Assembly (NCBI GenBank): GCA_018653485.1 | Contig: JABHZE010000001.1 | Coordinates: 68,603-132,602, forward strand | Origin: an archaeon | GTDB lineage: Archaea > Nanobdellota > Nanobdellia > Pacearchaeales > GW2011-AR1 | Direction: 5' to 3' | DNA length: 64,000 nt | Shown: one piece after another, positions 1 to 8,551 of the stretch | Layout: each line of letters starts with the position of its first letter | Numbering within the stretch: the first letter of the stretch is position 1 | Made by a program: the position numbers and the translations under genes | The notes under the pieces: model-generated | Told to the model about the DNA's origin: nothing | The model's database searches: none | Seen by the model: only the letters and a program-made list of their open reading frames with translations

Positions 1-18
1 ACCTTTTTTTCTTTTCTT

Positions 19-825
19 TTATCTCTCTTCAAAAATATTATTGTTATCAACAATATTATTATTATTATTATTATGAATATAATCGCTCTCCTTTATATTC
101 TTTTTTCTTCTTGAATATATAAGTTCAACACCAACCATTAGCACAACAGCGACAATGATTATGATTTTATAGTTATTTTTGCCTGCGCCGATTACGGCGC
201 CTGTGATAGAGAATTTGTTTGTAGTTTCTTCGTTAGTAATGGGTTCTATAATGTTAGTATTCTCTTCAACATCTGGTTCAACAACTTCCAGAGTAACATC
301 TACATCATTTGAAATAGTATTATTTGCAGGTGGTAAGGCAGTTCCGCCAGAGCTTGAGCCCGATGAGGATTGGGGTGGTGCAGAGGGGGTGCCTGGTTCT
401 TCGATTGGAGTTTCAGCAATAGTTAATTTAACCCAAACTCCCATTTGAACAATTGAATTTCCTTGTTGTTCTTGACTAAGTAAAATAATCCCATGATATT
501 CTCCAATCACAGAACCACTCATACAAACTTCAACTTCTCTCTCATCAACATCCAACTCATTATCATAATTAATATTTATTCCATGATCAACAGCTGAACT
601 TTCAAAAAGTCCAGACTTCCATTCAACATCAACACTCTCCGCCCATTTATCAGTTATAGATATAGATGAGTCAGAATTAACATTTATTATTTGACAAATT
701 TCTTCTCCAACATTAATTTCTTCAACAATTTCAGATGGAGAAAAACCAGTAGCTAATACAAATCCAGTATTAACTAATATTATTAAAAAAAATACAAAAA
801 TAAAAAAAATAAAATTTTGTTTCAT
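19..825 (-). CDS. Secreted, C-terminally membrane-anchored surface protein, function unknown
   Basis: 268-aa ORF. Hydrophobic N-terminal signal-like segment (FIFFIFVFFLIILVNTGFVLA), Pro/Ser/Gly linker, C-terminal TM helix (IIIIVAVVLMVGVELI) then RRKK and an Asn-rich tail. A 3-nt gap to the upstream ORF 829-1305 suggests co-transcription. Confidence 0.55.
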   Translation of the reverse strand: MKQNFIFFIFVFFLIILVNTGFVLATGFSPSEIVEEINVGEEICQIINVNSDSSISITDKWAESVDVEWKSGLFESSAVDHGININYDNELDVDEREVEVCMSGSVIGEYHGIILLSQEQQGNSIVQMGVWVKLTIAETPIEEPGTPSAPPQSSSGSSSGGTALPPANNTISNDVDVTLEVVEPDVEENTNIIEPITNEETTNKFSITGAVIGAGKNNYKIIIIVAVVLMVGVELIYSRRKKNIKESDYIHNNNNNNIVDNNNIFEER

Positions 826-828
826 GTT

Positions 829-1305
829 TTAACCAGTTACAGGAGGATTTGCAGTAGCAATAAAAGTTATTGTTCCAGTAGTATCTAAAGGAGCAGTTCC
901 AGCAGGAACTCTCAATACTGATTGCAAAGTGTCTGTTCTAGTTTCATCAGCAGGAGCATCAGCTAAGAGTATAGTTTGAGCAACATTTAATTGACTTTCA
1001 TAATCTGGATCTGTGTCTAAATTATAATAAATATTTTCAAAAATATTATCCACACTAGGTTCAGTTAATGTAATCGTTAAAAGTAACTCTACATTATTAT
1101 TTGTACCGATTGTCACCAAAGTGTCTTTAGGGACAGATTCAGCTCCAGAAGATATTTGTCCATAATCTAATGTAACAGTATCTAATGTAAAATCTACAGT
1201 ACCCAAAACTTCTACTTCAGGAGTTTGTTCAGCCATTACCATAGTAACACCAAACAAAATACCAAACACCATTAAAAAACTAAGTAGTTTTTTCATTTTT
1301 ATCAA
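829..1305 (-). CDS. Secreted beta-rich protein, function unknown
   Basis: 158-aa ORF with signal peptide (KKLLSFLMVFGILFGVTMVMAEQ). A GGAGG Shine-Dalgarno-like motif lies about 8 nt upstream of the ATG on the minus strand (plus-strand cctcc at 1317-1321). Confidence 0.55.
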   Translation of the reverse strand: MIKMKKLLSFLMVFGILFGVTMVMAEQTPEVEVLGTVDFTLDTVTLDYGQISSGAESVPKDTLVTIGTNNNVELLLTITLTEPSVDNIFENIYYNLDTDPDYESQLNVAQTILLADAPADETRTDTLQSVLRVPAGTAPLDTTGTITFIATANPPVTG

Positions 1306-1407
1306 CCTCCTTTCATCATTCTCTTTTTTATTGTTAATTAAAAGAGGTTTTGTTATATAAATATTGTCGTCGGTTTGTTGTTACTTTGGATGAATAAAAA
1401 ACCATAT

Positions 1408-1415
1408 TTTAAATA
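1408..1415 (+). promoter_or_regulatory. TATA box (TTTAAATA) for the RadC-like ORF
   Basis: TTTAAATA is centred about 26 nt upstream of the ATG at 1437. The same spacing recurs across the window. Confidence 0.45.
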
Positions 1416-1436
1416 ATTTCAAACCCCATTATCTTC

Positions 1437-1739
1437 ATGAAAATCCACGACCTCCCTAAACAAAACCGCCCCAGAGAACGATTCCTAAAACAAGGCCCCG
1501 AAGCACTAAGTGATGCAGAACTCTTCGCCATCTTCCTCAGAACAGGAACAATAGGGGAAAATGTCATAGATATGTCAAACAGACTTTTAGCAGAATACAC
1601 ATTAGAAAAACTATTTGAATGCAGTCTAAAAGAATTGCAAGCAATCAAAGGAATTGGCCCGAGTAAGGCTATGCAAATTCTCACCATTTCCGAATTAAGT
1701 AAAAGGAGAGAATTAGTTAGCAGATATTCTTTTGAGTGA
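1437..1739 (+). CDS. RadC-like N-terminal helix-hairpin-helix domain only; JAB/MPN domain absent
   Basis: 100-aa ORF. DLPKQNRPRERFLKQGPEALSDAELFAIFLRTGTIGENVIDMSNRLL...LKELQAIKGIGPSKAMQIL matches the conserved RadC/UPF0758 N-terminus. The ORF stops where the JAB domain should begin, and I see no remnant downstream. Confidence 0.55.
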   Translation: MKIHDLPKQNRPRERFLKQGPEALSDAELFAIFLRTGTIGENVIDMSNRLLAEYTLEKLFECSLKELQAIKGIGPSKAMQILTISELSKRRELVSRYSFE

Positions 1740-1776
1740 GAATTAGTAGTAAGGGATATGATAAGTTATAGAAATA

Positions 1777-1784
1777 TTTAAATA
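1777..1784 (+). promoter_or_regulatory. TATA box (TTTAAATA) for the PLD nuclease gene
   Basis: Centred about 27 nt upstream of the ATG at 1807. This argues against the TTG start at 1786 in the ORF track. Confidence 0.45.
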
Positions 1785-1806
1785 ATTGAAACTTGCCTTA
1801 TTTCAT

Positions 1807-2511
1807 ATGGCAAAGTTTTTAGATACATTAGGAATTTCTAATGAGTTAGGTCAGATAATTAAAAATGCTAAAGAGAAATTAGTAATTATAAGCCCCTATC
1901 TCCAAATAAGCGATAGATTTAAAGAAATGCTTGAAGATCAAGACAGAATGAGAATTTATATTGATTTAATTTATCGTAAAAGCAATCTTCAACCTCAAGA
2001 AAGCAATTGGTTAAAGGGTTTGACCTCAGTTAGAACACGTATTTGTAAAACATTGCATGCAAAATGTTATTTGAATGAGAATAAGGCCTTGATCACTTCA
2101 ATGAATTTTTATGAATTTTCTCAGGTTAATAATGAAGAAATGGGAATTGTTGTAAATAAAGATGAAGATCCAGAATTATATGAGGACATTAGTAATGAGG
2201 TTCAAAGATTAATCAGAAATAATGATGAAATAAAAGTGTCTGTAGAAAAAGTTCTTCCAAGAAAAAATAATATTCAAGTTGAAAAAGTAGAAAATGTCAA
2301 AAGAATTACTAATTTTGAGGGTCATTGTATTCGGTGCGATGATAAGATTAAGGTAAACGTTAAAAGCCCATTATGTCCAAAATGTTATAAAAGTTGGAGT
2401 AAATATAATGATAAAGATTATGAAGAAAAATTTTGTCATATGTGCGGTCAAGAAAATAAATCTTCTTTAAATAAGCCAATTTGTTATAGTTGTTATAAGA
2501 AAAATAAATAA
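1807..2511 (+). CDS. Single-HKD phospholipase D-family (Nuc-like) nuclease with two C-terminal CxxC...CxxC zinc ribbons
   Basis: HKD motif LHAKCYLNENKALITSMNF. C-terminus HCIRCDD...CPKCYKSW...FCHMCGQ...ICYSCYKK. Start moved to the ATG at 1807 on TATA spacing; the maximal ORF starts at 1786. Confidence 0.8.
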   Translation: MAKFLDTLGISNELGQIIKNAKEKLVIISPYLQISDRFKEMLEDQDRMRIYIDLIYRKSNLQPQESNWLKGLTSVRTRICKTLHAKCYLNENKALITSMNFYEFSQVNNEEMGIVVNKDEDPELYEDISNEVQRLIRNNDEIKVSVEKVLPRKNNIQVEKVENVKRITNFEGHCIRCDDKIKVNVKSPLCPKCYKSWSKYNDKDYEEKFCHMCGQENKSSLNKPICYSCYKKNK

Positions 2512-2540
2512 TTAGATCATTTTTTATAGTTTTAAGAATA

Positions 2541-4115
2541 ATGAGGTTGAATAGAAAAATGGAAAATAAAGGCCTCTCTAAAACTGTAGGAGAAACTTAT
2601 AGATTGTACACAGAAGGATTTTCAATTCCAGAAATTGCAAATCAAAGAGGTTTTGTGGAATCGACAATATATTCTCATTTTGCAGATTTAATATTAAACA
2701 AATTAATTGAATTAGATAAGATTGTTGAAAAAGAGAAAAAAGAGGAGATATTAGAAATATTAAAAGAAAATGATGTTGAAGGTATAAAAGAAATAAAAGA
2801 GTTGGTTAATGAGTCTATAACTTATGGGGAGATAGTTTGTGTGTTGGCATTTGTAAAATTACAGGGAAATAATATATTAGCTAACATAGTGGCTCCAGAT
2901 ATGAACAAATCTCAAAAGTCTGAGATATTCACTGTGGGAGAACTTACTAAATATATAAAAAATCTATTAGAATCTGATAAAAGATTATCTAATCTATTTG
3001 TTAAAGGAGAAATATCAAATCTAACTTTCCATAACTCTGGTCACACCTATTTTAGTCTAAAAGATAAAGAAAGTCAAATTAGGTGTGTTTTATTTAGACG
3101 GGTTGGAGAAGATCTTAAATTTAATCTTAAACATGGGATGAAAATTATTGTAAGAGGAGATATTGAAATTTATAAGCCACGCGGAGAATATAGTATAATT
3201 GTTGAAGAAATTCAACCAGATGGACTAGGCTCCTTAAATCTAGCATTTATTCAGCTTAAAGAGAAATTAGAAAAAGAAGGGTTATTTCGAAATGAATACA
3301 AAAAAGTATTTCCTAAGTTTCCTAAAACAATTGGAATCATTACATCGCCTACTGGGGCAGCAGTCCAGGATATGTTAAATGTTATAAAAAGACGTTACCC
3401 AGTAGTTAAAGTGTTAATAGCTCCAACACTTGTACAAGGAGAAGGGGCAACTAATTCAATTATTCAATCAATTAAACTAATGAATGAAGCCTCAGACGTT
3501 GATTCAATCATCTTAGGAAGAGGCGGAGGATCACTTGAAGATTTATGGTGTTTTAATGAAGAATCAGTTGCAAGAGCCATATTTGAATCAAAAATTCCCA
3601 TAATTTCTGCAGTAGGACATGAAACAGATTTTACAATTGCTGACTTTGTTGCAGATTATAGGGCTCCAACACCTTCGGCTGCTGCTGAAAAAATTGTTCC
3701 AGATATTAAAGAAATACAAGAACATATCAATCACTTAGAAATAAGATGTGCCAAGTCCCTTTATCATAAATTAAGACTTTGTAGATCTAATTTAAATCAA
3801 ATCATGAATAAATATGTTTTCAAAAAACCTACTGAATTTATACACTCAAACTATAGAGAATTAGACCAAATTGCATATCAATTACAAAATAATATTAAAA
3901 GAATGATTGAAACGAAAAGAAAAGATTTAGAAATTAATGAATCAAAAATTATCGCATTAAATCCTCAAGCAATCTTAGAAAGAGGTTATAGTATTGTAAT
4001 GAATAAAGATAAAATATTAATAAACTCATCAGATGTAGAAAAAGGAGAAGATATAAATATAATATTGCATGGAGGTAAAATAGATGCCAAAGTTAAAAAA
4101 ACCTGGAAAAACTAA
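2541..4115 (+). CDS. xseA: Exodeoxyribonuclease VII large subunit with an extra ~125-aa N-terminal HTH domain
   Basis: OB-fold start FTVGELTKYIKNLLE...LFVKGEISN. Core motifs IGIITSPTGAAVQD, GRGGGSLEDLWCFN, ISAVGHETDFTIADFVADYRAPTPSAAAE. The N-terminal extension contains FSIPEIANQRGFVESTIYSHFADLI (HTH_40-like). An alternative ATG lies at 2559. Confidence 0.85.
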   Translation: MRLNRKMENKGLSKTVGETYRLYTEGFSIPEIANQRGFVESTIYSHFADLILNKLIELDKIVEKEKKEEILEILKENDVEGIKEIKELVNESITYGEIVCVLAFVKLQGNNILANIVAPDMNKSQKSEIFTVGELTKYIKNLLESDKRLSNLFVKGEISNLTFHNSGHTYFSLKDKESQIRCVLFRRVGEDLKFNLKHGMKIIVRGDIEIYKPRGEYSIIVEEIQPDGLGSLNLAFIQLKEKLEKEGLFRNEYKKVFPKFPKTIGIITSPTGAAVQDMLNVIKRRYPVVKVLIAPTLVQGEGATNSIIQSIKLMNEASDVDSIILGRGGGSLEDLWCFNEESVARAIFESKIPIISAVGHETDFTIADFVADYRAPTPSAAAEKIVPDIKEIQEHINHLEIRCAKSLYHKLRLCRSNLNQIMNKYVFKKPTEFIHSNYRELDQIAYQLQNNIKRMIETKRKDLEINESKIIALNPQAILERGYSIVMNKDKILINSSDVEKGEDINIILHGGKIDAKVKKTWKN

Positions 4116-4116
4116 A

Positions 4117-4338
4117 ATGAAAGAAACAATATCTTTTGAAGAGAAATTAAAGCAACTTAAAATGATTGTTGAAGATCTAGAAAATGGAGAGATTCCATTA
4201 AAAGAGTCTATGGGCAAGTATCAGGAAGGCTTAGACTTCATAAAACAATGTCATGAAGAGTTAGAAAATGCTGAATTGAAAATTGAAAAGATCATGAAGA
4301 AAGAAGGGAAGATAACTACAGAGTCTATGAATGATTAG
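4117..4338 (+). CDS. xseB: Exodeoxyribonuclease VII small subunit
   Basis: MKETISFEEKLKQLKMIVEDLENGEIPLKESMGKYQEGLDFIKQCHEELENAELKI is a typical XseB helical hairpin. The ATG is 1 nt after the xseA stop; the maximal ORF starts at 4084 inside xseA. Confidence 0.8.
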   Translation: MKETISFEEKLKQLKMIVEDLENGEIPLKESMGKYQEGLDFIKQCHEELENAELKIEKIMKKEGKITTESMND

Positions 4339-4389
4339 TAAGATTGGATGGAAGAAATAGTTTAAGTAGCTTGTTCAAATTAACTAATG

Positions 4390-4956
4390 TTATCTAAATA
4401 AACCTTTATTTAACTTCTTTTTTATTGTTTCAGTATTTAATTCTATTTTTTCACTATGCGATTCTATAGCTTTTTCCAAGAATCTTATTCTATTTGATAA
4501 GGTGGATTCTGACCTTTCAACCCTCTCAACAGTTTTATTAACTAAACTTTCAAGAATAGTTATTTGACCCTTAATTTCATCTACTTTTTTATCCATCTTA
4601 GATAAATTCAATTTAGAGGTTTTATTGATAGTTTCAATAGATTCATTTAGACTCTTTTTTATAATTTTATCAAAAGTATCTACTTTTTTATTTATTTTTT
4701 GAACTCCTTCATCAATCTTTGAAGGAGATAATTTTGAAGTGTTTTCTATTGTTTTAGAAGATTGTTCTATTAATTTTTTAGTTTCGTTAACAAACCCAGA
4801 TAATGTTTTAGTAAGATTTGACAATTGTTCTTTTGAATCCTCATGAGTCTTTATTACGTCATTTAATTTCTTTAAACTTAACACTAATTCTTTTGCTTCT
4901 TTATTCATACCTAAAAATTCATTTTCCATTTTGTTCCCTAATGTATATTTTATCAT
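4390..4956 (-). CDS. Coiled-coil protein with internal repeats, co-transcribed downstream of the RecQ-like fusion
   Basis: 188-aa K/E/S-rich ORF with repeated TSKL-x-SK-(I/M)D...V(D/Q)(E/K)I segments. It overlaps the end of ORF 4919-8383. The start is uncertain; alternative ATGs lie at 4929 and 4908. Confidence 0.5.
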   Translation of the reverse strand: MIKYTLGNKMENEFLGMNKEAKELVLSLKKLNDVIKTHEDSKEQLSNLTKTLSGFVNETKKLIEQSSKTIENTSKLSPSKIDEGVQKINKKVDTFDKIIKKSLNESIETINKTSKLNLSKMDKKVDEIKGQITILESLVNKTVERVERSESTLSNRIRFLEKAIESHSEKIELNTETIKKKLNKGLFR

Positions 4957-7900
4957 TAATCTCTTTATAAATCTTTTTTATTAAAGTTAATTTGCCATAT
5001 TCTAGAGATACCTGCCTATTATCGAAATACTCAATAAGTTCTTCAGTTAATTCGGGATCATCAATTTTATCTATTAATAATTTACATAACTCTAAACCTC
5101 TTTTTTCATTTATTTTAATAAATTGATACATTAACCAACTTAATATGGGATAAACTTCCCCCTTAGATAGATTGTAATTATTAAATGAAAGTACCATAAA
5201 CTGTTTAATATCTCCAAATATCTTGTTAATATCCCTTTCATTAATTTTTACGCCAGTATATGCTCTTAATATGAATAATCCCATACTCTCTGGAAAATCT
5301 TCTAATGTCCTAGAAATTTGCCCAAATAATGATTTGAAATCAGAAATTGGCTTAATTGAAAAATCATTTAGATCACTTGAACCTTCAATAATCTCTCTAA
5401 TTTGACCCATCATTTTAATAGTATTTTTTGCATTTGCGATACTAACTAGCTGTTTAGAATAAGTCCTCTTTAGAAAATTAGAAATATCTTCCCTAAATAC
5501 CTTATCAGGATCATCAGATTTGCTCGCTTTTTCTATACTATTAAATATAGTTGCTAATGCCTGTCTTCTTCCTTTTTCATGATAATCATATACATAATCT
5601 AAAAACAAATTACAACAAAATAATATAAAATCCTTATTATTTAAATTAATATTACTCATTAATAATTCCTTCTCTTTTTTAGCTCTTAATTTATTATATT
5701 TTTTCACATAATTATAATAGTGGGTAATAATGTTCATTTTAGAAATCTCATTAATTTTTAAGCTAAATTCCTTTGATGCGTAATCTATACCATAATTAGT
5801 TATAGCACCTATTGCAGTTAATCTAAATATTGCTTTTTGTTTAGCTTTAAAAAGATCCTCTCCACTTAACCCTTCATTAATCTCCTCAAATTTAGATTTA
5901 TGGGGTTGATACTCTTTTTCTAAATCTCCAATATCCTCAAGGATACCTTTGATTATGGATAATTCCTCTTTCTTTCCCTTAAAAGTACCATTATGAAAAT
6001 TAAATAAACAACTAAAATCATCCCACTTCTGGTTCTGTTTACATAATTTACGAACTTCATCTAAGGATGTATTTGTATCCATTAGTTTTTTATTTCTTTC
6101 TTCATATTCTGATGAATAAATAATATAACATTCAGATTTTTCTCCATCCCTTCCTGCTCTCCCAGCTTCTTGATAAAATGCTTCTATTGAGGGAGGAAGA
6201 TTAACATGGATAATATACCTAACATTGGGTTTATCAATTCCCATCCCATATCCCTTAGTAGCAATTAAAAGGGGAAATTTATTTTTTTGGAAATTACTTG
6301 CATTAATAATTCTATCATCTTCTTGAGAATGATAAGGTCTAGATATTTTTCCAAAATCTTCATTCATCTTTTCAACAAAAAAATCTACTCCTCGCGGATT
6401 TCTTTCATTATTAGATCTAACCGGACAAAAAATTATTCCACTTTTAGTTTGATTTCCATCAGTATCTAAGAGGGAATCAGTTTTTAACTTAATGGGCAAA
6501 TCTTTTTTAATAAGTCCTTTTACTTTCAAATATTTTTCATTAGAATTACATTCGATTAGGTTAAAATGTAACTCTTTTCTATCAAAAGTTTCAGGACTAA
6601 TTATGGCACCTTCTTCATAGACTTCCAAATCTTCCTTAATATCTATTAAAACATTTTCTGAAGCAGTTCCAGTTAATGCAATTAAAGGAGGAATAAATCC
6701 ATCCTTATTTTCACAATATTTTCTACTATCTTTTCCAACACTAAGATAAGCAGGCCTAAAATCATGCCCCCATTCTGAAACACAATGCGCTTCATCTAAA
6801 ACGATAAGTGAAATTAAATATTTTTGTGTGAATTTTCTTAGAGAATTCCTAAATTCTTGAATAAGGAATCTTTCAGGTGCCACATAAACTAATAAATATT
6901 GCCCATTATAGAATAATTTTTGTATTTTTTCTTTCTCTTGCCTGTTTTCTATATCGCCTGATACTGCAATAGCCCTACTAATTCCCTTCTTTTCCAAGTT
7001 CTCTACTTGATCCTGCATAAGTGATTTTATTGGAACAATTGTAACTGTAATTCCAGGTAATAAAAGTGTTGCTAATTGAAATATTAATGATTTGCCAGCT
7101 CCAGTAGGTAAAAGTGTTATTGTGTCTTTATTCATTAAAACTCTTTTTAATGAATCTATTTGTCCTTCTCGAAAAGATTCATAACCAAAAATATAATTTA
7201 GGAAATATTTCAGAGTTTCAGAGTTAATTTCAGAATTAATTTTAATATTTTCAATTTCTTTAAGTTCTTTAGAAATAATTCTCGGAAAAGAGATATCTTG
7301 TATAATGCATAGAGGTCTATTTGATTTCAGATTTTCATCATAGGTTATTGCAATATCCATATCTTCTATAGATACTAGCTTAATTTTTTCAACTTCTAAT
7401 TTAATATTATATAATTCACATAATTTACAAATCAAATTTTTTAAATCAGTCAAAGCATCATTAATAATAAAATTAATCTCGGATTCAGTAAATTCACTAA
7501 ATGATTTGGTATCAAAATAAAATTTTGTTCTATCTGAAAAATTAATATTTCCCTCAAATAATAACTCTAATAAAGTTACTTGAAACTGATGGGCAATTTT
7601 GAATGAATTGAGAAATTTATCATTTTCAGATTTTGTTTGAATATCTCTAGAAAGATTACTAAGTTCCAGTTCTAATTCCTGAAGGCCATTACAATTAAAG
7701 TTTTCAATATCTGGATTTCTGATTCTTATCTCCTTATAACCCCCTTCAGTTAATCTTTTTGTTCTTGAATCATCTTTTGATTTTTGTTTTTCGTGTTCTC
7801 CCCCATCTAATTCAACAACTATTTTTGATTTATTGGTTGTTATCAAAAAATCTACTCTTTCTTGTGAATCTTTCGATTCTGAAGTAATATCATAATTATA

Positions 7901-8383
7901 AACTAAACTATGAAAACTAACTTGTGGAACTACAAATCTCTTAAATGATTTCCCGAGTAATTTTGACAAAACCGATTCATAGAATTTCTTTTCATATCCT
8001 ACCCCATCAAATTTAAAAGTTGATTCTTTAGATTCATTAACAAAATCGTATGCATACGGATTAAACATCCCATTACCCTTAAACTTTGATTTTAATCTGT
8101 TTTCTAATAAGGGAGATAATAATGTATATTCTCCCCTAGTTAATATTTTATGAGCAATTGATAAAATTGTTTTTTGTTCTGAAGAAACATCCTTCTTATA
8201 ACATTTTGGGAAATCTAGTCTCCATTGGTTAATAAACCTATAATTACCAAAATCCAACTGGTTTTTTGAATCCAACATATTTATAGAATCAAGAATTTCT
8301 TTTGGAAGCGCTATTGATTGATGAAATATTGAAGTGTATCCCTCATTTCGCTCCCTTGCTTTTAAATCTATTATCTCGGCCAT
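4919..8383 (-). CDS. DUF559/Vsr-like restriction-endonuclease-fold domain fused to a RecQ-family SF2 helicase, plus a ~400-aa unknown C-terminal region
   Basis: 1154 aa. N-terminal RVDFLITTNKSKIVVELDGGEHEKQKSKDDSRTKRLTEGGYKEIRIRNPDI is DUF559-like. RecQ motifs: FREGQ, LLPTGAGKSLIFQL, LDEAHCVSEWGHDFRPAY, LTGTA, YHS, GMGIDKPNVRYIIHVNLPPSIEAFYQEAGRAGRDG. Confidence 0.8.
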   Translation of the reverse strand: MAEIIDLKARERNEGYTSIFHQSIALPKEILDSINMLDSKNQLDFGNYRFINQWRLDFPKCYKKDVSSEQKTILSIAHKILTRGEYTLLSPLLENRLKSKFKGNGMFNPYAYDFVNESKESTFKFDGVGYEKKFYESVLSKLLGKSFKRFVVPQVSFHSLVYNYDITSESKDSQERVDFLITTNKSKIVVELDGGEHEKQKSKDDSRTKRLTEGGYKEIRIRNPDIENFNCNGLQELELELSNLSRDIQTKSENDKFLNSFKIAHQFQVTLLELLFEGNINFSDRTKFYFDTKSFSEFTESEINFIINDALTDLKNLICKLCELYNIKLEVEKIKLVSIEDMDIAITYDENLKSNRPLCIIQDISFPRIISKELKEIENIKINSEINSETLKYFLNYIFGYESFREGQIDSLKRVLMNKDTITLLPTGAGKSLIFQLATLLLPGITVTIVPIKSLMQDQVENLEKKGISRAIAVSGDIENRQEKEKIQKLFYNGQYLLVYVAPERFLIQEFRNSLRKFTQKYLISLIVLDEAHCVSEWGHDFRPAYLSVGKDSRKYCENKDGFIPPLIALTGTASENVLIDIKEDLEVYEEGAIISPETFDRKELHFNLIECNSNEKYLKVKGLIKKDLPIKLKTDSLLDTDGNQTKSGIIFCPVRSNNERNPRGVDFFVEKMNEDFGKISRPYHSQEDDRIINASNFQKNKFPLLIATKGYGMGIDKPNVRYIIHVNLPPSIEAFYQEAGRAGRDGEKSECYIIYSSEYEERNKKLMDTNTSLDEVRKLCKQNQKWDDFSCLFNFHNGTFKGKKEELSIIKGILEDIGDLEKEYQPHKSKFEEINEGLSGEDLFKAKQKAIFRLTAIGAITNYGIDYASKEFSLKINEISKMNIITHYYNYVKKYNKLRAKKEKELLMSNINLNNKDFILFCCNLFLDYVYDYHEKGRRQALATIFNSIEKASKSDDPDKVFREDISNFLKRTYSKQLVSIANAKNTIKMMGQIREIIEGSSDLNDFSIKPISDFKSLFGQISRTLEDFPESMGLFILRAYTGVKINERDINKIFGDIKQFMVLSFNNYNLSKGEVYPILSWLMYQFIKINEKRGLELCKLLIDKIDDPELTEELIEYFDNRQVSLEYGKLTLIKKIYKEINDKIYIREQNGK

Positions 8384-8405
8384 AGTAAAACAGGATAAAT
8401 AGTCA

Positions 8406-8413
8406 TTTATAAA
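8406..8413 (-). promoter_or_regulatory. Palindromic TATA box TTTATAAA for the RecQ-like fusion gene
   Basis: Centred about 26 nt upstream of the minus-strand ATG at 8383. Confidence 0.45.
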
Positions 8414-8522
8414 TATTGGCTACTAAGAAAATACTTATCAAAATCCCTAAATACTGCCTTTTTCTTCTAATCCTCCCACTCTCTCCACCCTCCAAAATTA
8501 TTCCCTTTAAAACCTATAAAAA

Positions 8523-8530
8523 TTTATAAA
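8523..8530 (+). promoter_or_regulatory. Palindromic TATA box TTTATAAA for the methyltransferase gene
   Basis: Centred about 26 nt upstream of the ATG at 8552. The octamer is identical to the one used by the divergent gene. Confidence 0.45.
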
Positions 8531-8551
8531 CCTCTTATAACTATCATCTCC

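Noticed and set aside
2541-4338. Bacterial origin of the contig, suggested by xseA/xseB and RadC
   Set aside because: The ThrRS N-terminal editing domain, TrpRS type, pilin-like class III signal, TATA-box spacing and leaderless starts all point to an archaeon. ExoVII genes do occur in some archaea.
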